Assembly (NCBI GenBank): GCA_964016885.1
Contig: OZ024741.1
Coordinates: forward strand, 51,398,001 to 51,462,000
Length of the DNA: 64,000 bases
Direction: 5' to 3'
DNA from: Eledone cirrhosa
Lineage: Eukaryota
In this document: positions 1 to 11,898 of the stretch, piece after piece
Numbering within the stretch: position 1 is the first letter of the stretch
Layout of the letters: every line of letters begins with the position of its first letter
The notes under the pieces: model-generated
Databases searched by the model: none
Seen by the model: the letters and a program-made list of their open reading frames with translations, nothing else
Told to the model about the DNA's origin: nothing
Position numbers and translations under genes: made by a program

Positions 1-564
1 ATATCTAAATCTCAGTCAGTATTTCAATATATTTTCTATTACACCATCATGTGATCAGTATTTCAATGTATTTTGTACTACTAACTATTATACCTACATG
101 TGATTAGAGTGTAAATGTATTTCGTACTAACTATTGTATCTACATATGTAGATCTAGTGGTGCTTATTATGGACAGGTGAATTGAGGCAATGAAGGCAAA
201 ATAAAGTGCTCAGCTCAGAGACATTACAGACCATAGACTTGAACTCCCAGCCATTGAATATGTGGCCTCAATACTTTAACTATTCAGCTCACTGTAGTAT
301 ACTCCCACTCCACTATGCTGAACAGATAAACTTATGGCTAACTTCCAAAGAGGCCAGAGAGTGCCTCCTAATCCCAAGATAGATAGTTAAGTTAAGTAAC
401 AATCACAAGACAGTCATTTCAGATGGCCCACTGCACAAAGACGTCAAACATTAGCCACATATGTGACCTCTGCTTCCTCTGACACCACATGTGACAGGGA
501 GTTTAGGCAGCATTCATCACTAATAAACCAGTCAAGTGAATTGTTCCGTTATAGATTGTGTGGG

Positions 565-690
565 TTAGATATGTCTGTAGAGCAGGTGACCTGTAGGTTA
601 GATAGGTTTGTAGAGCAGGAGACCTGTTAGATAGGTCTGTAGAACAGGAGACCTGTTAGATAGGTCTGTAGAACAGGAGACCCGATCTAC
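565..690. repeat. Short tandem repeat, ~29-bp unit (gttagataggtctgtagaacaggagacct), about 4 copies
   Basis: Visible directly; a further partial copy lies near 755-780. Confidence 0.8.
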
Positions 691-789
691 AGAAAGAGGA
701 AAAGATGAGATACAGGTAGAATATTAATGAATGTGAATTGTTCTGTTAAAGATGGTGTGGGTTAGATAGGTCTGTAGATATATCTGCAA

Positions 790-1100
790 TCATCACTATT
801 AGCACCGTTTAAAGTCCATTTTCCCAAGCTAACATGGGTTAGTTGAGTAGTACCATTGTTAGACAAGTCAGAACAGATGACTGTGTCTTGCTCATATAGA
901 ACTGATTTTGGCTTAGGTTCTATGGCAAGATGCCCTTCCTAACGCCAATCACATTTACTGTGTGGACTAGGTGCTTTTTATCATGGCACCAAAACAACCA
1001 CTTTACAGTGTGGACTGGGTGCTTTTTGATGTGGCACCTAAATCATTTTACAGGGTGGACTGGATGCTTTTTGTCACTATCACAACCACTTTACAGTATT
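790..1100 (-). mobile_element. SINE-like repeat with AGGAAGGGCATCC core and RTE-type 3' tail
   Basis: The same module recurs at ~6815-6965(+), 10143-10280(+), 16475-16665(-), 24860-25098(+), 25111-25400(-), 31991-32215(-) and 51727-52140(-). Its tail CCCATGCTAGCATGGAAAA..ACGTTAAA(TGA)n matches the RTE 3' end at ~35990-36042. Confidence 0.75.
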
Positions 1101-1139
1101 GATCAGGTGGTATACATATATATCTGACATTTAACTTAC

Positions 1140-1250
1140 CTCACCACATAACAGTTTCAACAACGTTGATTTCCCAGCTCCGTTCGGTCCCACCAAGGCA
1201 ACTCTGGTGTCAAGATCAATACCAAAATCCAAATTTTTGTAGATATAAGG
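1140..1250 (-). CDS. ABCF2: ABCF2 coding exon 9 (NBD2 Walker A GPNGAGKS); gene continues beyond the left edge
   Basis: [37 protein letters not shown]; tgtag acceptor and GTAAGT donor. Confidence 0.96.
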
Positions 1251-1563
1251 CTACAGACAGACAAATTGAAAAATACAATCAGAAAATCAAAGACGTTAAA
1301 TAGAAAACTACAAACTACCTATATAATGTAACAAGTGTATATATGAGGATAGGCTGACTATGAAATCTTGCATGGATTAATTTCAACTCTTATTAATAAC
1401 TGCATTGTTTCTTCCCAGGAACTATGAAAAATAAACCTCATTTGGTCATTCAATGAGAGTAACTTGGTCAGCCTATGAACTATTCAGCCAGAAACAATAT
1501 GAAAGAATACATATTCAGCAAACATAGAGAGAGTAAAAAATACTGTCAAGGGACATAACTCAC

Positions 1564-1653
1564 CTTCTCTGGTTCGTAGCGAAAGTAGACATGTTGCACC
1601 ATGACAATAGGAGGTGGCAAAGTGCCACATGATGGAAAATAAAATGTCAGTGT
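1564..1653 (-). CDS. ABCF2: ABCF2 coding exon 8
   Basis: [30 protein letters not shown]; tttcag acceptor and GTGAGT donor. Confidence 0.93.
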
Positions 1654-2135
1654 CTGAAAGAGAAAACAGAAGATTCAAATCTCAAGCTTTGCCAATATTT
1701 CAGCCTTTATAATATAAACGTTAGGCCAATATAACAGCACCGTCTCTCCTACATGAAATGGTGAGTCAACAAAGCCTGCATACAGATGTAAGACAGACCT
1801 GTCTACAAGCCAATAATTCTTAAAAGACACCTTACAACAAACACACAAGATATTTCCAATTTTCACTTTCAGATAAATTGACAAAATAAACAGTTTCTAT
1901 GTTAATGGTAACTAAACCAATGACAGAACTGCTATATGGTCACTTGGCCAAATAGTCAAATCTCCCTCTGATCACACCATATCTGCTTAAAAGGGAAGGA
2001 TATTTAGAACATAGTCCTATAACTGTAAAACGTATGCCGAGTCAAAGGCTAAACAACAACCATAACAAGAGACTCATAAAATGCTGTTTACAAGAAATAC
2101 TAAGAGGTTAGTTCTTAATGATAAGGAAACTTTAC

Positions 2136-2255
2136 CTTGTCAGAAATTACTTTCTCTGTTAAACCACTATCAACCATCTTCTTCAAAGTTTTTTCCTTGC
2201 TCTGAGCTTGCCGAGCTAACTTGGCACTGCCATGACCAAAACGGGCAATGTAGTT
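2136..2255 (-). CDS. ABCF2: ABCF2 coding exon 7 (linker)
   Basis: [40 protein letters not shown], the conserved ABCF2 linker; read manually (absent from the ORF track). Confidence 0.95.
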
Positions 2256-2420
2256 CTAAATTGAAAATTAGAAGAAAACAGTTTACAGTGTGTAGGACAG
2301 GTTACATAGGTACAATCTAAAATTTCAAGTGGGTCACAATGCATTAATGTTGTTGTTACTTTATAAACCTTCAACGATGAAAACACAAGCTAAATATAAC
2401 AAAGATGATTAGTATTATAA

Positions 2421-2521
2421 ATAATTGTTTCTACTTTTGGCACAAGGCGAGCAATTACCCCAAAGCACCAGTAATGCACTAGGGTAATTACTGGCCTTGT
2501 GCCAAAAGTAGAAACAATTAT
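2421..2521. repeat. Fold-back inverted repeat with perfect 28-bp outer arms
   Basis: ataattgtttctacttttggcacaaggc (2421-2448) is the exact reverse complement of 2494-2521; pairing continues imperfectly inward. Confidence 0.9.
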
Positions 2522-3607
2522 TATATTTAAATTTTGTGGGATATAGCAATAGAAACCTAGGAGAATTATTACAAGACTGCTACCCTCCCATCTTTATTCA
2601 CCAGTCTTCAATATATACACCAACACTTTCAAATATATATTTCTCTCCAAATGAATGTGCATGTGGGGGATTTTTCCCCCCTCAATTTTGTTTTCCATTC
2701 CTTCCTCTTCTCACTCTTTATTTTTCTATTTCATCTTTTATTTCTTATTCTAGGTCCTGATGAAGGACTAGTGTCCGAAATATTAAGACTATTTTTCTGT
2801 AATTTCAAGTGTTAAACTAATATATTTCTTCATTGTACTGTGCCAATGCTTTGTTATTTGGTTAATTTTCACACACACACATTATATATATATATACATA
2901 TGTGTGTGTGTGTGTGTGTAGTCTGTGGTGCTGAGACAGAGGAGGCCACTAATCATGGGAGTACTCAACGCATGGGGATTGAAAAGGCTTGCTGAAAACA
3001 CAAGCCGAAACCACTTGGTACCACGGTCATGATTTTACATATCTATATACATATAAATTAGCAGTAGCTAATGCTAATGCATCCTAGATGGTCAAGTTCA
3101 CACTATTTGTAAATGAGCATCACCAGCCATGTGTATGTTTCATACACAAAAAAGTTTATTAACTATAACCCTATTGTCTTGGTAAGACGTGATTAAATGT
3201 CCCCACTAAAAATCCAGAAATACACGTCTGACATTCTCATATGGCTACTGACAGCTGAGACATGATCACAGCGGTCTCTTGTGTATTATACACAAACATA
3301 TTGTATATGCCCTCACATACACCCTTATGCTTTACTAACAATCTACCTGTTGGTGACTTTGTATAAGATATATATATATATACCCCCCCCCCCCCCATCC
3401 CAAAATCACTATGTACACCCAAGTCTTCCACAAGTACTCACATCAACCAAGTCTTCAACACGTACCCACAACAATTGAAATCTCTAATATATGTAGCCCG
3501 AACATGAACAAGTGTTAATATATGTAAACCCCAACATCAGCATTCAATATGACCAGCAAACAGCACAGCATAAACCACATAAAGGGGCCAGTGTGTGTTA
3601 TACAAAC

Positions 3608-3703
3608 CTTCATATGAGCTATCTGGTCTTGTTCCCATTTATATTTCTTCATTTGGTTCTCTTCAATTTCATTCCTTGTTTGAACATAAGCATCAAAATT
3701 GCC
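3608..3703 (-). CDS. ABCF2: ABCF2 coding exon 6 (interdomain linker)
   Basis: [32 protein letters not shown]; tgcag acceptor and GTTTGT donor. Confidence 0.95.
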
Positions 3704-5023
3704 CTGCAATATAAAAAACTAGGGTGGTCAGTACTACTGATGGGAGAGGGTCGGGGTAGTTAAGATAAGGCGAAGGTTTACATAGTAAAGCACAACTATG
3801 TTGTTAAAGGGATTAGCTCACTATCAAAGTCACACACAAAGTCATTTTCTATCTATCTCTACATGTAGAAGTAGTTTGAATCAATGGTTTAATCTTTTAG
3901 CAAATAAACTGGCCGTATCTGGCCAGAATTCTCTCACTTCTTTCTGTTCAAACCAGCCACTTATGCTGATGTTAAAGTATTGTTCTCAAAGTAAATAGCA
4001 AAATCTCATAGAATCGATATTATATGAGATAAAACCTTTACCACAAAAATACATAGCATTTTAAACAAACCTCATCTGATTACTACTACTACTACACAAT
4101 GACCAGCCTGATAATGCTATAGAACTGATGTAAGAGAATAAGTTAATATTAAGGATATTTCAAAGGCGGTGTATTGGCAGAAATCATTAGGGCATTTTGC
4201 TCTTCTTCACTCATACATATAAACAGAATTAATCTGGCTTCAGTCAATTGTGTTATCATGCTGACCACCAACAGCAAGGTGTAATGAGGTGTAATGAAGG
4301 GTGAATGATAAAGAGACACAGCAATGGAAGAAGAGAAAAGGGGACAGCAAATTTATGTTGAGTATGACAGATGGGAGTGAGGGACAAAGATAGGATAAAC
4401 CTAGTGTAAGAGTATTGGAGAAAATAATAAAAGGTGCAGAAGAAAAATGGAATAATAAAAAAAAAAGATTGTTGGTCTAGCGTTCCTTAATACTAATAGC
4501 AGCTGTGTATTATTAGTACCTGGGACAATGAGACTCTTTAATATATACACTATTACAGGGAACGTAAAAATATATCTTTTAAAACATTTACTTCATTGGA
4601 AAATAGATAGTGTGCGTGTTAATTCAACTTGCTATGGTGGAATGTCAGACCTTTTACATAAAACATCATTAGCCAGTTCTCAGGATTGAACCCTCTTCAC
4701 TCCAGATATTAGAGCAGTTCAGCTAAAAGCCTTCTAATACAGAGTAGGTACTTCTTGATCTTATAGTTGTTGAACTATAACAGTTATTCGGGTTAATTAA
4801 AATATTAACAGCCAAAACTTCAGAATCAAGCTTTAATATTTTATTTATTTACTTTTTTAAATGGGAAGAATGGGAGGGGGGGGGGGGGGCAATGGCCCTT
4901 TTCAAAACAAAAACTGATAAAAAGGAGCAAGGAAAGTATCCTCAATTTAGAGATCTGGATTAAATTCTTACAACAAAGTGAATTCTGTTAAAAGCATTCA
5001 AAGATGAGATAGTGACAGGTTAA

Positions 5024-5240
5024 CCCTTTAGTTACCAACCTGGCCAAAACCAACTCTGGTTCTATGAAATAAAACTACCCATTTTGAAAGTTTCCAATTT
5101 AAATTAAAATCTACCAACATAATTTTATATAAGAACCTTACCTTAAGTTGCTATCTTAATAATTTTAGCAAATCATTCGATATTCTTCACTAATTAATTG
5201 AAATAGAATGTATTTAATTAAAAATTCAGTCATGACAGGG
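5024..5240. mobile_element. piggyBac-like MITE (TTAA CCC...GGG TTAA)
   Basis: ttaaccc at the left end and gggttaa at the right end. Confidence 0.5.
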
Positions 5241-6242
5241 TTAAACCTCCCAATGAAGTAGACCACAGCAAGATTTGAAATCAAAATATACACTGCAAAG
5301 CATTTCATCCTACACTAACAACTCTGCCAATTTGCTGTCTTATATATTGTATCCAAACAAGTAGTAAGAGACTCTCTCTCAAGAGAGCTAAATAAGCAAA
5401 AGGTCTTCAGAGAAGAAACCCCTCTTAAGCAAGTGTTTCAGCTCTATCTTTTTAAACTAATGTAAATGCACACTAAAATTATGCAAAATAAAACAAAAAA
5501 GGAATGGAACTAGTGTTTCCCAAATGATATATTATGGTTGCTATGGCACCAGTCTTAATAGTAGTCAAATAAGCCAGTTTTCTAACTATATGCCCAAATT
5601 GAGAGTTAACCCTAGCCAAACAGTGGGAACCCTAGGTTTGTTACCATCACACTGACTTCAACATCACTACATCACAGTCAACAACAAGCAGTAACACCAT
5701 AGTAGTTTTAACATCCCTGCTAGTAAGGGTTGGGTTAGGGTTTCCTTCAGTTAGTTCACAGACACATACACACACTAACTTATAGACATGTTAAATTTAA
5801 CCAAACCAAACAAATATTTATTTTGATAACTAATCTAAATAAATTTTAATCTCAGCTTCCTGTTTCTAAAATTAATTTATTCTCACATTAACAGTATTGT
5901 GCCTGCTAAAAATAGCTAAATCTCCCTTAAATCACACCCTACCGTCTAAAAGGATGGACAAATTGGAATAAGAAGTCCTTAGACACTGCCTAAAGGACCA
6001 TAAAAGGAGTTGAGATGCTGTAAGACCTTACAAATCCATGTTAGCATCGAAACTACACTGAATTTTTATAATTTACGGTTTTTTTTTGTATGAAGCAGTT
6101 ACTAATATAGAAAAACAAAACAAAAAATTCAAAAGCTTCTAAACAAAACATTCCCATAGAATTCCATTTTTAATAAGCAACAATAGGCAGTTCCTGGCAA
6201 GAGTAAATAAGGAGTTTCTGAAGAAAACATGAAGTGACTCAC

Positions 6243-6345
6243 ACCATAGTAAACCAATTTACGAAGATGCATGTGAATGATATTGGTACAAACACCATTG
6301 AGAAAGTCCTGCGAGTGTGAAATTATAACCAATATTCTCTTGTAG
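6243..6345 (-). CDS. ABCF2: ABCF2 coding exon 5 (H-loop [14 protein letters not shown])
   Basis: [34 protein letters not shown]; tttcag acceptor and GTGAGT donor. Confidence 0.95.
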
Positions 6346-6654
6346 CTGAAACAAACAGAAAATCATGTCAGATGTGAAGAAGTTCAGTTTTCACAGTGGA
6401 AGCAATTTGGAATTTCATAAAGTAAAGAAATTTAAATTCATATATATATATATAGATATAAATACATACATTTATGTATATATTTGATAACCAAATGAAT
6501 AACGAACAATGAAGATAAAATGGAAATAATATGGTGCAAGTGTTTCTATTGGTAATATTGTCAACATAACCATCCCCAAATATATATATATAAATACATA
6601 TATTGAACAATGAAAATAAAACAAAAGTCAGAGATAGGTAGCTAATTAGTTCAT

Positions 6655-6786
6655 TGTTTTACGATCCTTTCGGAGAATTGATTGATCATGGTAGATCAAT
6701 ATATTGACTAGCAGGTAGTGGTTACATCACTACCTATTTCTAGTCTCGAAATCCCTGATCAATCTGACCGTCTTCATCAGAATACA
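6655..6786 (-). ncRNA. Degenerate type I hammerhead ribozyme motif with long stem II (Penelope-like relic)
   Basis: Minus strand reads tgtatt-CTGATGA-agacgg...~100 nt of nested hairpins...cc-GAAA-ggatcg-TA-aaaca. Confidence 0.5.
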
Positions 6787-7007
6787 TACAGTGTGTGTGT
6801 GTATATATTAAGGCGGTAAGGAAGAGCATCCAGCCGTTAAAACCAAGAGCCAGAAACAGTTCTGTATGAACAAGACAAGGTCACCTGACCCAACTTTCCT
6901 CAAACGAGACAACCTATCTAACCCATGCTAGCATGGAAAATAGATGTTAAATGATAATGACGATTATATATATATATATACATATATAATGTGTGTATAT
7001 ATATATA

Positions 7008-9248
7008 TCATCATCGTTTAAAGTCCATCTTCCACGCTAGCATGGGTTTGGATGGGAATTTTCCCACTTGAGGCAAGATTGGTTGTCTTGCTCGTATAGG
7101 ACTGTCTGGCAGGTTTTCTACGGCTGGATGCCCCTCCTAACACCAACCACGTTTACAGTGTGAACTGGGAGGTTTTGTCGTGACACCTACACGGCCACAT
7201 TACAGCGTCGTGACACCTACATGCCCTCATTTGTTTCGGACTGGATGCTGTGGTACCAACATAACTTTACATTGGAAGGGGTGGGGTAGTGGGGCCCGGG
7301 TGTATTTTGTTAGAGGTGCCTACTGACTGTAGGTTTCGCTTTGTACTTAGGCAAGGCGGGTCTTCTGTATTACTGTGTATCGCCAAAGATCTCGGTCCAG
7401 TGAGATTGTCTTGGAGAGGTGTAAATGTGTGGTCGGAATTTATCAAGTCATCCCAGGTTTTTCTGGGTCTGCCTACTCCGTGGCTACCGTCTATTTTTAA
7501 CGCCCTGCACTTTTTTATACAGCTGTCGTCTTTCATGCGCATCACATGACCGTACCAACGTAGTCTTCTCTCGAGTAAACAGCATCTGATCCCTCTTATT
7601 CCTAATTTCTCCCTTAGTTCGTTTATGCTTTGCCGTTCACGTATATTACTATTACACATCCAGCGGAGCATGCAAGCTTCGTTCCTCTCCAGTCTGTGTA
7701 TATCCTCTGCACACAATGCCCAGGTCTCACTGCCATGCAACATTGCTGTTCGTATGCAGGCATCATACAACCTGCCTTTCATTTTTAGTGAGAACCCTTT
7801 AGCGGCTAATAGTGGTATAAGCTCTCTGAACTTTTTCCATCCCGTTCTGACTCTAGCTACTGTACTTTCAGAGCACCCTCCACCACTGCTGATTTTGTCA
7901 CCCAGGTAACGGAAGGTGTCCACTATTTCTATAGAACCATCTGTGCAATGGAATGAGCTAGTATTCTGTGGGCACTTGCTGCTACTTATTGCACCGGCCA
8001 CATATAAAATCTATATTCTTAGTTAGCTTACCTGTGAAGAGCCCTGATGAACACCAACCTTTACGCTCAACTCTTCACGATATTCGTTAATTCTAACCTT
8101 GCTGACCGTTTCTTTATACATGGCTTGTATAGCTCTCACAAGCCATTCATCAACACCTAGTTTTCTAAGAGCCCACCAGATAATGGAGCAGGGGACTCTG
8201 TCAAAGGCTTTCTCCAAGTCAACAAAAGCTAAGTATAGGGGTTTACTTTTAGCTAGGTACTTCTGTAGTTGTCGTACAATGAAAAGAGCGTCTGTGGTAC
8301 TTTTACCCGACACAAACCCGAACTGCATTTCATCTAGATCAATTTGTTCTCTGATTAGTTGCGCTATCATGACCTGGTCAATTAATTTAATGCCTTTATA
8401 GTTACCCCTATCTAGGGCATCTCCTTGGAGCAGTTAATGATGCTGCTGCTACGCCAGTCCTTCGGAACGACCCCATTCTGTATGACTTGGTTTACTCTCC
8501 GGGTGACCATAGTGTCCCACCGTTCCAGATGCTTCCAGCATTTCAGCAACTATTTCCGAAGGCCCAGCCACCTTACCCGTCTTCATAACTTTGATTGCCT
8601 TACTTATTATACTACCTTCAACTAGCACTGCTGGTCCCTCGATTGGATCGATGTGGGGGAGACTGTCTTTCTCCGATTTATTCTCATTTAGTAGCCTTTC
8701 GTAGTGACACTTCCATCTTCATTAAGGACACACTTCTCCCCGACAATATCAGTTTTCCTTGACACATTGCCTAGCAATCCTGAACACCTCACGTTTTTGG
8801 TCCTCGCGTTGTAGAACATGCTTGAACTTTCTTTCCTCTGCTTCCCTTCTTGCGAAGTACATTTGTCTCCTAGCTTCCCCCATCCCACCATACTTTCCAA
8901 AGCCTGCTTTTTGGCCTTAATCGACTCCTCCACCACCACGTTACTCTCCTTCTGCCTATAGGCCTGCTCCAGCCACAGACATCATCTGCCGCCTTCAGCA
9001 GGTTAGCTTTCAGGAATTCCCACTGTTCCTCTATACTGTACAACTCTAATTGCTCTTCCTTACTGTCAAAAGCATCAAGTAATATGCTTTTAAATTTATT
9101 ACTGGCTGTGGGGTCCTTTAGATTCCATATTTTTCTCCCGAGGATAGTCCTCCTCTATCACGTCTTCTGGTAAGGATATAATCTATCTGACTGGCGTGTT
9201 CCCCTGATCTATAGGTGATCAAGTGATTGTCTCGTTTTTTGAAGTTAG

Positions 9249-9250
<2 letters not shown>
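7008..9250 (-). mobile_element. Internally deleted RTE-clade LINE (EN and RT remnants plus long 3'UTR) in an ABCF2 intron
   Basis: ORFs 8023-8370 (QFGFVSGKSTTDA...FVDLEKAFDRVP) and 7267-8001 (FRYLG...MLHGSETW...RLRWYGHV); ends in the SINE-like tail at ~7008. Confidence 0.9.
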
Positions 9251-9279
<29 letters not shown>

Positions 9280-9311
9280 CCAGCTCCAATTCTAATAACA
9301 TGTTAACTTAC

Positions 9312-9579
9312 TTGCGAAGTTCTTCTTCCAACCAGACACAAGCATCCAAATCAAGATGGTTTGTAGGTTCATCCAACATCAACAAGGCTGGTTTGATGTA
9401 CAAAGCCCTGGCAAGAGCAATTCTCATACGCCATCCTCCAGAGAAGTCCTTTACTTTTTTGCTTTGCATCTCTTTGGTGAAACCGAGACCATGTAAGATG
9501 TAGCCAGCCCGGGCATCAGCTTTATCAGCATCCATGTAATCCAGTCGATCATACACATCCAATAGGCGATCATGAGATT
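9312..9579 (-). CDS. ABCF2: ABCF2 coding exon 4 (signature FSGGW, Walker [13 protein letters not shown])
   Basis: ABC signature and Walker B motifs; 268 nt; phases match both neighbours. Confidence 0.97.
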
Positions 9580-9658
9580 CTTTTAAAAAAAAGTTACGCA
9601 AATGAGATCGCCATTGTTTGGCAAATGAAGTGAGAGTTAGTTGAAACTGAAGCAATTA

Positions 9659-9848
9659 CTGTATAGACTTGAATATAAGCCAAGGAATATGACCCATGCA
9701 CAAAAAAAAAAATCGATATATTCGGGGTGGGGGTCAATATTTTGATGATTTTCACCAACTTCAGATTCTATGTAAATATGGTTTGGATTTTAGCCCATTT
9801 CTCAGGCATAAAATAGTGGGGTCAGCTTATATTCGAGTATATATATAG
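9659..9848. mobile_element. Tc1/pogo-like MITE
   Basis: Imperfect TIRs ctgtatagacttgaatataagcc / agcttatattcgagtatatatag flanked by TA; a related copy lies at ~24060-24238. Confidence 0.55.
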
Positions 9849-10562
9849 TACATCATACAATTATAGCAATTTAAAAAACAAAAAAAAACTTATTCATTTT
9901 TCATATATTTTGTGAATAAAAGGTAAATCTATCAGTTTTTGTATGTTTTAAATGATTAAACTGTGATATAATTGCTAGGCCAGTGATAATCTATTAACCT
10001 TTAACCTTTCAAATCACATTAGAACTTGGGAGTTTTTAGTAGAATATATCCCAACACCAAACTACAGCTAAATATCTTTATATTCATTTTGACAGTATCA
10101 AGTTTTTCAAATTTATTTTAGTGTAACCGTTTTATAACTATTGTAAATGTGGTTGGTGTTAGGAAGGGCATCCAGCTGTAGAAAACCCGCCAGACAACCA
10201 CTCTTGCCTCAAGTGGGAAAACCTCCGCCAAAACCCATGCAAGCGTGGAACAGGGACGTTAAACGATGATGATGATGATATATTTCTTATGAAATATACT
10301 GCGCCTGGATTATATTTAGATTTAAATTTCAGTTAAAATCTCAGTTACCTACAAGAGCCAAATCATTAATGCCATAAACAAGCTTATTTTATTAAACCCA
10401 GCCCAATTCTTAAGTGAAAATGAATTGAAACCCATAGATATTAGAATATGATAATCACAAATGGGTTATCAATAACCTAACACATCTGCAAAAAGATATG
10501 GGATGAACCAGATGTGGGAGAGAAATCATTAATACCCAAAATTTAAAGAAATCTCAACTTAC

Positions 10563-10751
10563 CTAAGTCATCCATAGCTGCTAAGGTTTCTGCTTCTTTC
10601 TCTAGTCTGAAACGTTCTGTATCAACCTCAATGACGCATTCAAGAGCTGACTTGTCACTCGGTGGCATTTCTCGACACAATAGGAATGTGTCGATATGTT
10701 TGGGAATTGGAAACTCTCGCAGCTGGATAGCTGACAACAGAGAGGTCTTAC
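10563..10751 (-). CDS. ABCF2: ABCF2 coding exon 3
   Basis: [55 protein letters not shown]; GT-AG borders; phases consistent (189 nt). Confidence 0.95.
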
Positions 10752-11224
10752 CTGAAATAAAAGAAGACATTATCAGACCAGCTTTTCACAAAATGGATTC
10801 CAAACAACACTCAGGGCCATGAAAAAATTCAAGGATTCTACATAAGGTGTCTTAACAAAGTTTAATAAACGTTAGCCATAGAAACCAAGCCAAAATCGGT
10901 CCAGTGTGAGCTGGAGACTCATCTGCTCTGGCCTGGCTCACATCTGGACAACTTGTCTAACCCATCCTAGCATGGAAAAATGGACATTAAAAAATGAAGA
11001 TGGAAATTTGTTGTTTTGCTAAAATAAATTCTCTCTAAAACAATTTTTAATTCATTTAATGTCTTATTTAAATTAGGGTGGTGGAGACTAAAATATAGAT
11101 ATGGGGGGTTCTGATTTGAAATATCATAAGTGTTCAACAAAATAAGTTTGGCAAGCACAGCTCTAGATAATTACCTAAAATATGATGCATGCCAAACATC
11201 TTATAGCTAAAATTAGACAAGTAA

Positions 11225-11365
11225 CATGGCTGAGTGGTTAAGAGGTTTGCTTCACAACCACATGGTTTGGGGTTCAACCCCATAGTGCAGAACCTTGGGA
11301 AAATGTCTTTTACTACAACTTCAAGCCAACCAATGCCTCAAGCGTGAAGTTGGGAGAAACTGTGT
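11225..11365 (+). mobile_element. tRNA-derived SINE head followed by (TA)/(TG)n microsatellite
   Basis: A box TGGCTGAGTGGT and B box GGTTCAACCCC; related minus-strand copies at ~30690-30830, 48690-48780 and 54150-54430. Confidence 0.65.
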
Positions 11366-11414
11366 GAATATATATGTATATAGATACATATATACATTTG
11401 TATATGTAGATATG

Positions 11415-11503
<89 letters not shown>

Positions 11504-11691
11504 GCTTCAGTTTGTCCTTATATCAACACTGTTTAAAAATAAACAGTGTTTATGCCCCAGTTTTGGTTCAATGAAGGCTAGCAATACATCCAATATTTAG
11601 ATATAGTATGGTTTGGCATAAAAAAAGGTGTATTTGACCATTAAAAAATGCTGCAACAAGCAAGAAAACTAGAACACTGATGAAGACTTAC

Positions 11692-11898
11692 CACAGCCAT
11701 TTAATCCAATCATACCATAACGTCTGCCAACATTAAGCTCTAGTTTTGTGTCAGTCAGTAACTCTGCTCCATGGAATGTGATGGACAGATTGTCAATGTG
11801 AACATCCCGACTGTCTGGATGGGAAGTAAGGACACCAGTACAAGAGCGATGCTGAGAGATTAGTTCTAGCTCATCCAGTTGCTTACTGATGTTATCAA
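11692..11898 (-). CDS. ABCF2: ABCF2 coding exon 2 (start of NBD1, Walker A GLNGCG)
   Basis: tttcag acceptor and GTAAGT donor; encodes [52 protein letters not shown]. Confidence 0.95.

Noticed and set aside
11225-11295. tRNA gene
   Set aside because: A and B boxes are present, but there is no cloverleaf and it continues into a SINE body.
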